Source: Octopus sinensis
Taxonomy: Eukaryota
Assembly (NCBI RefSeq): GCF_006345805.1
Contig: NW_021832742.1
Span: forward strand, 1 to 32,884
DNA: 32,884 nucleotides
Reading direction: 5' to 3'
In this document: positions 1 through 12,865 of the stretch, in pieces
How the letters are laid out: each line of letters opens with the position of its first letter
Numbering within the stretch: position 1 is the first letter of the stretch
Program-made: the position numbers and the translations under genes
Notes under the pieces: model-generated
The model's input: only the letters and a program-made list of their open reading frames with translations
Databases searched by the model: none
Told to the model about the DNA's origin: nothing

Positions 1-2453
1 TCATCCACATATTTGCAAAGACATTTCAGGAACTAATGCAGATGTGAATTCAGGTACCAGGTTAACGTTTACCTATAACCAAAAACAATTGTCATCTTTC
101 GACGGATTTTCGCAGGCATATTTTATTTACAATGAGACGACATATTTTATATTGCGGAATCACTAGAGAGGCTCCTTTCCTTTCAGCATATCAATGAATA
201 TATCACACATGTTTTTTTGTTTTTAAACTGATGATTGCAATTCAGCCTTCCATGGTTGTAATTGTCTTGAATGAGTCGTCGACAGCCTGCCCAGTCTATG
301 AGTGGAATGATTATATTTTATAAACAAGAAAACTGTGAGTGACGTGTAAGATAAGGAAAGAAATACATGAAGTGATTATTAATATTTACTCTCATATTGT
401 GGAATTAGAAGAATATTAGAGCAACGGAAAAATGCCCCGTGATATAAATTCTAGCTGTTTACGTATTGCTTACAAATCAGTGGTCAACTTTGCAATTCGA
501 ATCTTAGAGATCAATAAAATAAAATACAAGTTAAGGACAAGATTTGATGTCATCGACTAAAACGCTTACCTCAAAACTGCCCGTTTTTCTCTAAAGTGTT
601 ATTATGCACGTATTTTTACATCTCAATTTTGTGTTTACATTTTAAATTATGACTAGATTAATTTTGTCGTTCATCAGATAAGAACTCCTGAAATAAATCC
701 CAACTGAATTTTGTTTTTTATGCAATATGTAACCCGGACATGACATAGATGGAGTTACTCATTCACTGTTTTATTGTTTTATCTTTATTTATTTTCTGTT
801 CTTAAATTACCTTCAGGAAATTGTAAGACGTCTAAGATCGTTATCTTACAGTCGCCTTTTTCTTCGATATATCGTTCGCTTTTATTTAAGACGTTATTAC
901 TCTGAAAGGTTTTGTCATCAATAAAATCCGACATCTATGGCTTTGTCGTTCTTGCTTTGGTGATGTTATTATAGTATTTGTTATTAATATTGATGTTCTT
1001 AATACTGGTGTCTTACTTTTGTTTTGCTGATGTCGTTTGGTTATTATGTTGATGTTATCGTTTTGGTTATTGCTGATGTTAATATAGTCGTTGTTTTATA
1101 ATTGCTTTTCTTTATTTTTGTGAGAATGTCAAGATGAATATTGTGAGCCGTGAAATATTTCAAAGAACTTTATCACGAGCTCCCTTTGGCAGAGTATCCA
1201 GCTGCCTAGCTCACTAAAGGTCACGGAATGTGCTTAAAACCAAAATAGAGGGTACAGCATTACACTAAATAAACTGCCATTTTGTGCATTTATCTTTCTT
1301 TCTTTGCGTCTATCAAGAGAAGCTCACATATAATTCTATAACAATTTCCTTATCGTTATATATTCTGCGGTCTTGTTTCTTTCAATCCTTGTCTATATAT
1401 TTAGTCTGAGGAGACAACAATTGTTTCTTTGTAAAATTGTTATTTGGTTTTCCACGAGATAATTCATCATCAACATTTTCTATTGTATTGTTTTTAATTT
1501 GGGCTAGAATCTAGTGCATTGTTTTAATTCAACCAGTTATCGCTTGTGTTTGATTGTGATAATCAGGCGTGACAGTATTTTAATGGCGGACTAAAGAATA
1601 TGATTTAAACAGCAATAAACAAACTGTTAAAAGTTCATCAGTTGTTTCGATGAGATAAAAATGGAAAGACAAACCAACTAACAAATAATTATATGAAATA
1701 CTAACATGAAAGCAACATTTTGTGAAAAGAATATACAAATATTCTACAAAGAAAACCTCTTAGAAATAAAGAACTAAATATCTTTAGACAAAAGCCGCAG
1801 TGAATTCATTAATTTGGAAAAATCTAAGTAAAGGAAATAAATATTTGAAAAGAAGTCGTTAATCGTTGTTATGTAAATAGCTTTGAATGTAGGCCGTACA
1901 AAGACGTTATAATAAGAAATAATATAAACCAATCAATTAATCAATAGCTATGTCTGTATAAGTACGTATCTGTATTTGTGTGTATTGAATGAATCTGCGG
2001 TGTATATATGTATGTGTAAGGCTATATTTATGTCTATGATTATGCATTCAAGTATATGCCGAACAGCCAGCTTACAGCTATAGGTGAATATAGTATTACG
2101 GTATTATATGTGTGTGAATATAAAATCATAAACACACATTATATGCATCTGAATTCATATGTGCACACATTTATCTGTTTATCTGTGCAAATAAGCATGT
2201 GAGTGTGTGATTGTGTGTGTCTGCGCGCGTGCTTATATATTCTTCGTATTCTTGTTTTCTGCGTAACCCGAAGGAAGTTACAGAGAGATAAAGTTATCTG
2301 TACCTCCAGCTTTTCTGCTTGTAAATATAATCTACAATATATATTGTGTATATTGCGACGTTTTTCCTCTTTAGTGAATCCTGTCATAGGCTGCATCAAA
2401 AATCTTTGAGAACCTGATTAATATATATAACTATTTTTATCTTTCACAGAGTA

Positions 2454-2509
<56 letters not shown>

Positions 2510-2597
2510 ATGAAAAAGGTAAGATAACAAAATAAAGAAAGAGACCTCGACATTATGTAAATAGAGGAAATTATCTGTAATAATTGTCACATATTAT

Positions 2598-2599
<2 letters not shown>

Positions 2600-2652
<53 letters not shown>

Positions 2653-2897
2653 GCGCCCTTTTAAAGCCCAACTAGTCTCATGGGCCCTATTTCCCGGTTT
2701 CAATGGCGTATGTGTTCCCCAACTGGATGGGACGCCAGTCCATCACAGCGTTACTCATTTTTGCCAGCTGAGTGGACTGGAGCAACGTGAAATGGAGTGT
2801 TTTGCTCAAGAACACATCGCGTTGCCCGGTCCAGGAATCGAAACCACAATCTTAAGATCATGGTGCTGACACCCTAAACACTAAGCCACGCGCCTCT
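2600..2897 (-). mobile_element. tRNA-derived CORE-like SINE (family A), full length with (TTA)n tail
   Basis: Minus strand reads GAGGCGCGTGGCTTAGTGTTTAGGGTGTCAG (A box)...GTGGTTTCGATTCCTGG (B box)...CACGTTGCTCCAGTCCACTCAGCTGGCAAAAATGAGT (MIR/CORE-like) then a 3' module and (TTA)n tail at 2600-2650. A second copy lies at 29224-29436. Confidence 0.85.
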
Positions 2898-2944
2898 ACA
2901 CATACACGCACACACGCACACATCACAATATATATGTATGTATG

Positions 2945-3040
<96 letters not shown>

Positions 3041-3043
3041 AAC

Positions 3044-3121
<78 letters not shown>

Positions 3122-3239
3122 TGATAAGAGAAGTGAGACGATGAGAGAATAGATCTCCATTCTATTCGTTTACATATGTTTTCATAATATTTGTTGTTAT
3201 ATCATATAACTAAGAAGACTATGCTCTAAACTTTTGAAT

Positions 3240-3945
3240 ACCGTACTACCAGCTCAAATATGCACCACGAAATTGTCTTTAGAGGATCCGAAATAACTGC
3301 AAATCCAGTGCCAAAGACAGTAAGAATCTTGGGGGTCAGGTTGTGTAATGAGGCATCATTTTATAGTCACATTTAGAAGATAGCAACAAAATGCAAACAA
3401 TTGGCAGGATTATTCGAATTTCTTTCAAGGAGAAAAATAATACGGGAACTGTTCAAGATGTTTGTTTTCAGCCTCCAATTTTGAAGTAATCCGACATTAC
3501 TACAGTCAAATATTCTAAGAGTGCAAAGAATGGATTACAAAGAGATGCTGAAATAATTTCTCTTTAGTTCCTAGAAGGAAGACTCGAGTGAAATGTAATA
3601 ATAATCTACGCATTGCAGTTTAGAGAAAGGCGAGAACTTAATAATATATAAAATATTTTTCACAAACCTGAATTGAACGCTAATTCTTTGTAACAACGGT
3701 ATCGCTCATCCGTTCTCACATCAAGAGCAGATAATGCAATACCTTAGTGCTGAAAGATCTAGAGCACTCCAATACCCAGCCAAGCAAATAGAGAAGAAAA
3801 CTAAGAAACCTACTCATTCCGCACGTTTATGAATTCAACTAGAAAATTAATATTCTCTTATTCACAATACAAGATGAACCAGCAACCCGGCATGTAGAAT
3901 AGCTAAAAATAGTAGTGCTGAATTAATTTGCATTCACCAAATGGG
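3240..3945 (+). mobile_element. Decayed CR1-clade LINE, 3' part of ORF2 (RT C-terminus)
   Basis: From 3305: PVPKTVRILGVRLCNEASFYSHI*KIATKCKQLAG, matching the CR1-type VRDLGV..SF..HI..IA.KC.Q..G pattern. It is followed with frameshifts by MDYKEMLK, LEGRLE*NVIIIY (YWERLK..LYSLERRRERY.IIY) and QDEP. Many stops and frameshifts. Confidence 0.7.
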
Positions 3946-4096
3946 CCAGTAACCATGATAAACGCACTTAAAGGAGAGGTGCTATGCAATAGCAACGCTT
4001 TGAAATAGTAAGCCAAATAAGCAAGTTGGGGAAAAGGTAAAAAATTAGGGTGGTTCCCCAGCATAACTGCAGACATCTAACTAAAAAGAATAGAGG

Positions 4097-4174
<78 letters not shown>

Positions 4175-4675
4175 AGCAATTAAGGACAACTACTTAATAA
4201 GGAAAACTTAACAAGAATTGTCAGGTAGATAGCGTGAAAACCTCATAAGAGAAAAATTTCGAAAATAATTATTTCTTATTGAACATATTAATTTATATAT
4301 AGAGGGCATTATACATACATGCCAGAAGGCATTATACATAAATGCCACACGCTAAGAGGGACAATTAGTCATTTCTACCAAAAATATTACTAATCCCACC
4401 GAATGCAATTTTTCAAAGTAAGACATTTAAAAAAATATAGACCTGTATCACAGTGATTTCATACTTACGTATTCATCAGCAGGCCTGAATGTATTATAAA
4501 TAAACAACGACCCTGCCCCGCTTAAGCCGATCAGCTAACTGATCAACATCAACGAAGCACATGGGTGAGTTTACATATATTACATCCGGATAAATGGCAA
4601 ACTTTTACGAACTGCATTTCGGGAGAGGAAAAGTTTTTTCGGAATAAAAATTTAGCAATTAAGGACAACTACTTA
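4175..4675 (-). mobile_element. Non-coding ~479-bp hammerhead-bearing retroelement unit with 22-bp terminal direct repeat, flanked by (TA)n (retrozyme-like or PLE pseudo-LTR-like)
   Basis: AGCAATTAAGGACAACTACTTA occurs at 4175-4196 and 4654-4675. An intact hammerhead lies inside. 4175-4315 recurs at 12128-12269 (1 substitution, 3 single-base indels). Confidence 0.65.
4439..4486 (-). ncRNA. Minimal type I hammerhead ribozyme, intact core
   Basis: Minus strand: AGGCCTG-CTGATGA-ATAC(GTAA)GTAT-GAAA-TCACTGTGA-TA|CAGGTCT. Stem I is 7 bp (1 G.U), stem II is 4 bp with a GNRA loop, stem III is palindromic, and the triplet is AUA. Predicted cleavage is between 4446 and 4445. Confidence 0.88.
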
Positions 4676-4918
4676 TATATATATATAACCGGTGTTGGCG
4701 GTTTTCTGTACATATTTCTATAAGTGTATTCATATATATATTTATACTTTGGGTTTGGTCGATGAGTGCAGCAAAAATTTAGATTCAGATGAAATGGTCC
4801 TTAAGTTAAAGGCACCATAAAACAGTATGGTATTATCCATGCAATTTCAAAGTAAAGGGATTAAAATCAAAATAAGCAACAAGGATATCCAGAGATAATG
4901 CAGTACGATCGTTTCATG

Positions 4919-5104
4919 CAGTGCTAGATTTAGGACAAATGAAGCTTTGCGCTAGGTGAGTGATGAAGTTCATTATTTGGTCAGTCAGGTATACATGCTT
5001 AGGAAGTTCATCGTAAAAACTTTTGGGGCCAGGAAGATAGGCCCCACTGGTGAAAGGGACCCTGTGCTGAAGCACACCTAAACACAATGGTATATCCAGT
5101 AGTG
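4919..5104. mobile_element. Possible short MITE
   Basis: Imperfect terminal inverted repeats CAGTGCTAGATTTA / TATATCCAGTAGTG (10/14) around ~160 bp that is GC-richer than its flanks. No clear TSD. Confidence 0.3.
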
Positions 5105-5136
5105 TATATAAATATATATATATATTTATATACAAT

Positions 5137-5540
5137 CACCATGCTGGGGTGCCGACTTGAATTATTTTAGTTGAACGAATTCATTCTAATACTTACATTT
5201 TATGTTGGTTTGACCTCATCCCTGCTTTCGCTGAAACGCTATGTTACGACGGTTTAAACACACCAGCACCGTTTTTCGAGGGGTGGTGTGGACAAGCAGA
5301 TACACAAAGGCTCACACACGCACCCACAGACACGCACACATACGGACACTCACACAGGCACATATGAAAATATACGTTAATGACGCGCATATTTGAGTTT
5401 CCGACTACCACATCTACTCAAAAGAAATTGATCGGTTCGAGGCTATAGTACAAGACACTTGCCCAAGGCACAACGCAGCTGGACTGAAAACAGAACCATG
5501 TGGTACAGAAACAAACTTCCTTTCACAGCACCACGCCTGC
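5137..5540 (-). mobile_element. tRNA-derived SINE with internal (CA/TA) microsatellite (octopus OR-like family), diverged
   Basis: Shares GGCTATAGT..AAGACACTTGCCCAAGG, AGAACCATGTGG, AAACACACCAGCACCG and CCATGCTGG blocks with the copies at 15921 and 32080. Confidence 0.75.
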
Positions 5541-6065
5541 ACTAATGCTTGTTTATCAACCTGAATAATAAACAATATGTCCAATTCAGCCATACAGTAT
5601 TTCTGCATACCGATACGCAACACAAACCTACGAGAAGGTAAAGCACATGATAAAACAAAGCAGAAGGAAGCATTTTTAATCAAAAAATTCCAAAGTATTA
5701 TTTGAACGTGGCACAAATAATCACCAGCGAATTGTTCATTTTCCCACATTAAATTGTTCTGATTCACATAATTCGTTTTCAGAAAAATAGTCAATACCCA
5801 CTTTATATGTCAATCTACATTTATTAAAGTAAGTTTAATCACGTTTATTACTTTTTTTCTCTTTTTTTACTTCCAGGAGTACTCTATATCAAAATCTGTG
5901 TCTAACACAAAACTGAAAAGATTCTTATGTTTTTAATTTTGTTTTCTTCTCTTCATTTTTCCATAATTGTTATTCTTCACAGAAACAATCTATAAAGGGA
6001 GATCTATAACATCGATATCTTATTCTTGCAGCCCATATATATGTTTCGTTTTCAACGACATTATT

Positions 6066-6166
6066 TTATATACATGTACATACATAAACACACACACACT
6101 ATATATATACATATATATAATATCTATATATATATATATATATATGTATACATATATACTAATATA

Positions 6167-6214
<48 letters not shown>

Positions 6215-6268
6215 TATATATATATATGAATATATATATGGTGTATCTTCACACATACACACACACAC

Positions 6269-6319
<51 letters not shown>

Positions 6320-6341
6320 AATGTAAATATGTATATATCTG

Positions 6342-6392
<51 letters not shown>

Positions 6393-6482
6393 GATACATA
6401 TTATACATATATATATATACATTAGTATATATGTATGTATATATATGTATGTGTGTGTGCTTTGTTGTACAATTTATCTACT

Positions 6483-6552
<70 letters not shown>

Positions 6553-6620
6553 GTATATACTAATATATATATGTATACATATATACTAATATATATATTA
6601 TATATATTATATGTATATAT
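6066..6620. repeat. Compound (TA)n/(CA)n/(TG)n microsatellite tract
   Basis: Directly visible dinucleotide runs; source of the YIYI ORFs. Confidence 0.9.
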
Positions 6621-7048
6621 AAAGATTCCTTAACGTTCTGAGTTATATCTAGTTTCATAGCCTTCTACATTTATGACTGAACTCATAGCTATCGTTATGA
6701 GAGTGAATATTGTTTTATTTCAGCGCACACAACGAATAAGAAACGCATCCGGTAAGTAAAAATAATTAGGAATTCACTGATTCCTTGTTTATTTTTTAAC
6801 ATTGCTTTGATCATCCTGGTTTCTCCACCGCTAGAAATTTCATTTACTTCAACTTTAGAAGGATTATCGCCCAGCGAGTTCTTACATCATGTGCGTCACA
6901 GCGAGTCTAACAAATGCAAGATGAAAGAAACCATATATGTGTGTGTATGTGTATGTGCTGGTGTGTATGTGTGTGTGTGTGTAGTGTGTATGTGTGTCTA
7001 TACATCTCTGACATAATCACCCATACATTAATATACATACATTCATAG

Positions 7049-7079
<31 letters not shown>

Positions 7080-7484
7080 TATTATATATATATATATATA
7101 TATCGATAAAAAACATACAGTTACATACACAAATTTAGACATATATGCGTATGTATGTATGTATTTATGTTGTTATGTGTTCATAAACAGACTGCGAGCA
7201 AGAAAAAAAAAGCGATTGGCCTGGACGGCGCACATTTACTAACATTAAGATATCTATCGCCGCTTTCCATTAAACTTTCACCGCTAGAATCACAATTCAA
7301 AAATAACATTTGTTACGCCAAAATCAAGACTCGCTTCCACAGGATTTCTTTAAGTGTCCTTATTTCTCTTCAGTGGTATTTGATATTTATTTTGATCTTA
7401 CTCTGAGAGATTTCGAATTACTCAACTGCATCTTAAATCTCCATCATACAGGTGCTAAATGAGGCGAAACTTCATTTGATTGTG

Positions 7485-7529
<45 letters not shown>

Positions 7530-7754
7530 GCATGAATGTACGCATATATGTACGTGTATAATGTATATATATATATATATATATACGCATGAATGTACAC
7601 ATATATGTACGTGTGTATATGTGTATATATATATATGTGTGTACATATATACATATGTGTGTATATATATATATTCATTTTATTTATATATACATGTGTG
7701 TGTATATGTGTATGTACGGGCACACACGTAAGTACATACGCACATAAGGAGAAT

Positions 7755-7970
<216 letters not shown>

Positions 7971-8033
7971 AGTTTGCATGTTTCCCCTCCGCTCCTGTTC
8001 TATGCCTGAGTATAAGAATTCATATATTTGTTT

Positions 8034-8097
<64 letters not shown>

Positions 8098-8467
8098 TAT
8101 ATACTCTTGTGTGCGTATTTTCGTGTGTTCATGCTTATACTTTCTGATTTTATCTGTGTGCATATGTAAGAGGTAAGGCACATGTATGTGCTTTCCAAAC
8201 TGTGTTCACTTACTACGAAAATTCTTCTACTCACAGCGACACTAACTTTATTAGTAAGGAGTTTGCCTGAGATGCACCAGCACATTATAGAAGATTGCGT
8301 TTGCCTAGCAACGGATATCTTGAAATTTGATTGAGATGAATTCCCCGTTGGTTGTTGAAAATCGTTGGGGTGAATTAGGTTTGTCCCTGCTGGTATATAT
8401 CAGCATGAGCTATGGTATATATGGGCAAAATAGCTTGAGTCATTTATATATCTGTGTCTGTGTGTTT

Positions 8468-8533
8468 GTATGTATGTATGTATGTATGTATGTATGTATG
8501 TATGTATGTATGTATGTATGTATGTATGTATGC
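8468..8533. repeat. (TATG)n microsatellite
   Basis: Directly visible. Confidence 0.95.
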
Positions 8534-9294
8534 ATATAGTCATTTATATTTGTATGTATGCATTTAGGTTTGTATATGTTCATAAATAGACGGCGAACAA
8601 GAAAAAAACATAAGCGATTTGCCTGGACGGCGCACATTTACTAACATTCGAGTGCGCGTGTGTTTTGTGTGTGGGTGTGTAATCTGTGTGATCTCCGCTT
8701 CTGTGTGAATCATATTTATACACGGGATGCCAATCATTACTCATTTATTGAAAGGGGTGTTACCTTTTTCCTATAAATTCGTTACTTTTCCGTTTCAGGA
8801 TGACATAATCCATTGATTTCGTCCTCTTTTTCAAGAACGAATAATATTTGAGACGTACTGCACTGTTAACAGATCAAGTAAGTCTCTGATTCCAAATACT
8901 TTTAGACCTCAGTGATAGTACAAAGCAATTACCGGCATTCAGAAATTTAATAAGACTCCATTTTCAAATCAATAATTACTTGCCTCTATCTAATTATTTA
9001 CCAACAAACGTTTCTCGATACATGAATCTAATTTTATTTCTTAATAAAATAGGAATACTTTGTAGAAAATGTAGATATCTTTCAGGTGTTTACTGTCTTA
9101 AAGAAATTCTTTTACCTATAAGTGTGTTTGATAAGACAAATTTTGGAACCCACAGTTTTAAGTATACACATATATATATATATATACAAGCACATGCACA
9201 CGTACATACGGACACGCATATATTCATTCATATTATGAAATTTGATTTAGTATATCTAAATTAAATTTTTCCCTGTAAGTTTGGAATATTATTC

Positions 9295-9347
<53 letters not shown>

Positions 9348-10433
9348 CATATATGTATACAAGCATACGTACGTACGTACGTTTATATATACATGCATAG
9401 ACGCACAATAATATTTGCAAAAAGTATAGATGACACACGATTGAAATGAATACGTTTTGGAAAAAGAAAGAAATCCTCAACATCAAATTGTTGAAATAAT
9501 TATTTAGAAGTGTTTAAACGAAATATCTTTCCAAGAAGATCATTAAATGTAGTTTGTAAGACGCAAGTTTTGGCCGACTCTAAAACTGCGCTTAGGACTG
9601 TTTTCACTTTTGATCAAGTTTAGTAAGTATGATTGACATTAATCCTATGGAATGATGAAACGACGTTTGTGCTTCCCCCTAACGCCCTTGTATATTTGCT
9701 TCACAATGTTATCGAGAGACACCACTACAACCGTATTTTAACGTTTTGTAGCCTGTCGGTTTGGAATCATGACATGACGCACTTTTTTATCAGCTGGTAT
9801 TGCGCAGTATATAACTTACAGTCATTCAAATAATACTTTAGAACGCATAAAATTTTACAGTAAGGAATACGTCCTTGTAGACAAAATTTTCTTGAGAATA
9901 ACAAGACAAAAACAAATAAGATTTTAAGGAGATGATGCTTACGGCCTTATTACATTAAGGTTTCAATTAGGATATTTCCGTAAAAGAACTGGTGGCGTCA
10001 TTCTCGTGTATTCTCTCTTTCGTATATAAGAATCTTGTTCAACTCTTTCATAGAGACACGGAATACTGGCAGCAACGCAAATACAATATGTGGTTGTTCT
10101 CTATATTTCATTCTCATTTCTTTTTTCGTTCATGTATATATTTTACATGGTTTTCATGCAAAGTAACAAACGTAACCTCATCTAATTTACGATGCGCAAA
10201 TTTCTCACTTAATATAGCAATATCGACGCTCGATATTTTGTTTTTGTTACAGTGAAATACCTTGAGTACGTGTTTGTACACACACACATACATACACACA
10301 AGTACACAAACATATATATGCGCTCGTGTATATACAATCATTTGTACACATGCACATTAGGTATATACTCACGCGGATGTTACACAATTATAAAGGTTGA
10401 AAAATAATATACAGAAAAAATATATAAAATAAT

Positions 10434-10485
<52 letters not shown>

Positions 10486-10544
10486 AAATACATAATAGAT
10501 GTTAAGACATATAAAAGGGTTGTACGTGGTCATAATATAAAAAG

Positions 10545-11235
10545 CAGGTTCTCCTAAAAGTTCAGTTCTTGAACTTGTAGTGGGGTCTAAAGAACTTTTC
10601 TAGATGAGCCATCTTTCCATATCGCAAAGACCGCACTTACTACTGATGTTCGTGTAAGGCTTACATTTGGCCAAGATCTTCCTGTAAATCTTATAGCTGA
10701 CACCTTTTTTCTTTTAAGGAATATATATAAGTGGATAATTTGGTTGTTCTCCTTTTTCCCAGTGTGTGAAGCTTAAGGTGTTATTGTTGAATCTGGCTTT
10801 AAAATTTACCTCTGTGAAACCCACATATTTCTTTCCCGAAACTATATGTTAGTGGAGTCCACGATAGCTTCACACAAGCTCCATTTAGCGGGCTCAAATT
10901 TTTAACTCTGCAGGAACAGCCGTCTTCCTTCTGTTGGTTTTTGATTGTTGTCTGCAATTATATTGTTAAAGTCATTAGGAGACTAAAATTAATTTTTATG
11001 TTGTGTCTATTAAAGAGCTATCTATAATTATGATTGATTTGAAAATGCCTATCTATAGGTGATAAGAAATATCTATCTATATTAAAGGTCACTTCGAGGA
11101 GTAAGGTGGTGTGAACCAGAACATTTTGCAATTCCTATATTTTCTTTCTTTGTTACTGGACTAATAACAGGTGTATAGGTTTTTTCCTCGCTAAAACCAC
11201 TGTTTTTCAGAGTTTTATTATATATTGGAGAAATA
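10545..11235 (-). mobile_element. Decayed Penelope-like element (PLE): RT-EN linker and GIY-YIG endonuclease fragment
   Basis: Minus-strand translation across frameshifts gives YNKTLKNSGFS, MFWFTPPYSS, NIDRYFLSPIDRHFQINHNYR*LFNRHNIKINFS, GCSCRVKNLSPLNGAC, KKYVGFTEVNFKARFNN, TKLSTYIYSLKEK, KILAKCKPYTNISSKCGLCDME and SRTELL. These appear in the canonical order of PLE motifs (WFNPPYS, FL.LIDKHFP, CNCR..CPL.G.C, YVG.TE..FK.RY.NH, C.LC..EK, LN.R.EL). Confidence 0.85.
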
Positions 11236-11797
11236 ATACATGTTGTACTTGTCTCCTTCCTTCATACAAATATGCATGTCTATACGTTTATATAGCTGCA
11301 GGTGTAGATGTCTTTGACAGACAGGAGGGTGTATTTGTGTATATGCATATATAGCCCATTTGAATATTCAAGTTTTGGGGCGAATTTGAATGTTTTACGG
11401 TATATGCATTTTGCTTATGTGTTTATATTTGTATATACTTATTTCCGCGTATGTATATGAATGTGCATATAAACTACGTTTTGTATATCCGCGTATGCAT
11501 GTGTGTGTGCGTGTAGAGATGTGTATACGAGCGTAGTGATGCGTACATGGGTATATATACGTGTGTATGCGTAGACATATACATTCATATAAGTGTATTT
11601 GTATGTATATATACACGCGTGTCTGAGTATGTATATGGATATGTATACATGCATGTGTCCCCGTCCGTACGTGTATGTATGTGTGGTTTTATGTGTGCAT
11701 ATGCGGAACGGATTCTATGAATAAAGTATTACTGAACCCACGCCTATTGTAGTAATTTCCCTATATTCAACGTTTTTTTTTTCATAGCGTTTCTCTC

Positions 11798-11858
11798 AAT
11801 AACTGATGAGATGCCGGAGCAGACTTCATCCCCGGTATCCGAATCTCTGAGTTTTATT
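11798..11858 (+). ncRNA. Degenerate type I hammerhead motif (A15.1 to U)
   Basis: AATAA-CTGATGA-GATGCCGG(14 nt)CCGGTATC-C-GAAT-CTCTGAG-TT|TTATT. Stem I is 5 bp, stem II is 8 bp, stem III is palindromic CTC-T-GAG. GAAA reads GAAT. Confidence 0.6.
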
Positions 11859-11884
11859 ATGACAACCAACTAATTGTCACATAT

Positions 11885-11916
<32 letters not shown>

Positions 11917-12021
11917 CGTGTGTGCGTGTGAGTGTGTGTGCATGTGTGTGTGTGAGTGAGTGTATATATATATATATATCTATAGTTAACAATTTATCGA
12001 AAATATATGTGAACATTTTTC

Positions 12022-12062
<41 letters not shown>

Positions 12063-12066
12063 TATG

Positions 12067-12110
<44 letters not shown>

Positions 12111-12121
12111 TATATATATAT

Positions 12122-12325
12122 AAATTTAGCAATTAAGGACAACTACTTAATAAGGAAACTTAACAAGAAATTGTCAGGTAGATAGCGTAAAAACCTCATA
12201 AGAGAAAAAATTTCGAAAATAATTATTTCTTATTGAACATATTAATTTATATATAGAGGGCATTATACAGGGCATTATACATAGAGGGCATTATACATGT
12301 ATGTATAATGCCCTCTATATATAAA

Positions 12326-12330
<5 letters not shown>
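12122..12330 (-). mobile_element. Truncated second copy of the 4175-4675 element with a terminal fold-back inversion
   Basis: 12128-12269 is nearly identical to 4175-4315. 12296-12330 is the exact reverse complement of 4287-4321. Flanked by (TA)n. Confidence 0.75.
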
Positions 12331-12375
<45 letters not shown>

Positions 12376-12865
12376 TATACATATATATAGTGTAAAGATC
12401 CAATAGATGTAGAATCAACAAAATAATTCTCCGTCCAGTGAGTTAAATATCAATTTAAATATATTCCTTCTAAGAGTTCCCTGCTATTATGATACCTGAA
12501 CAGCCATATCTATAAAGTACGTCATGTATCTTAAAACAATCTTTCAGGCTCTGTTTATGCGTTATATATATTCATTTTAAAATGAACGTCGCTGTACATG
12601 TATCTAATAAATACCTAAGTTTTCTTGATTTCCTTTCCTTGATCTCGTTCCATTTTATGCACCAACCTTCTTCACGTCATTTCCCCGATTATTTTCTCAT
12701 GTTATATATATGCTTGTGCAAGCATCGTAATAGCATGAAACTATTAGTAGCTCTTTCGTTCTTTTAAATATGGTGGAGTTTACCGACATATAGGAGCAGG
12801 CGTTGATAAGTGATTGTGTATATAACATCGCAACAACGGGGTTTTCAATTCTCCTGCGCCGGATT

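Noticed and set aside
2-166. Open frame at the window start (HPHICKDISG...ILRNH) and nearby PSMVVIVLNESSTACPVYEWNDY
   Set aside because: No recognisable domain or clear splice context; may be repeat-derived; cannot be supported.
566-905. Minus-strand microexon-like segments (21 nt near 570-590; 52 nt near 849-900) and a plus-strand 6-nt segment near 817-822
   Set aside because: Weak polypyrimidine tracts on conflicting strands; expected by chance in AT-rich DNA.
4899-4918. Minus-strand GAAACGATCGTA|CTGCA resembling the 3' half of a hammerhead next to the putative MITE
   Set aside because: No CUGANGA or stem II upstream; too short to distinguish from chance.
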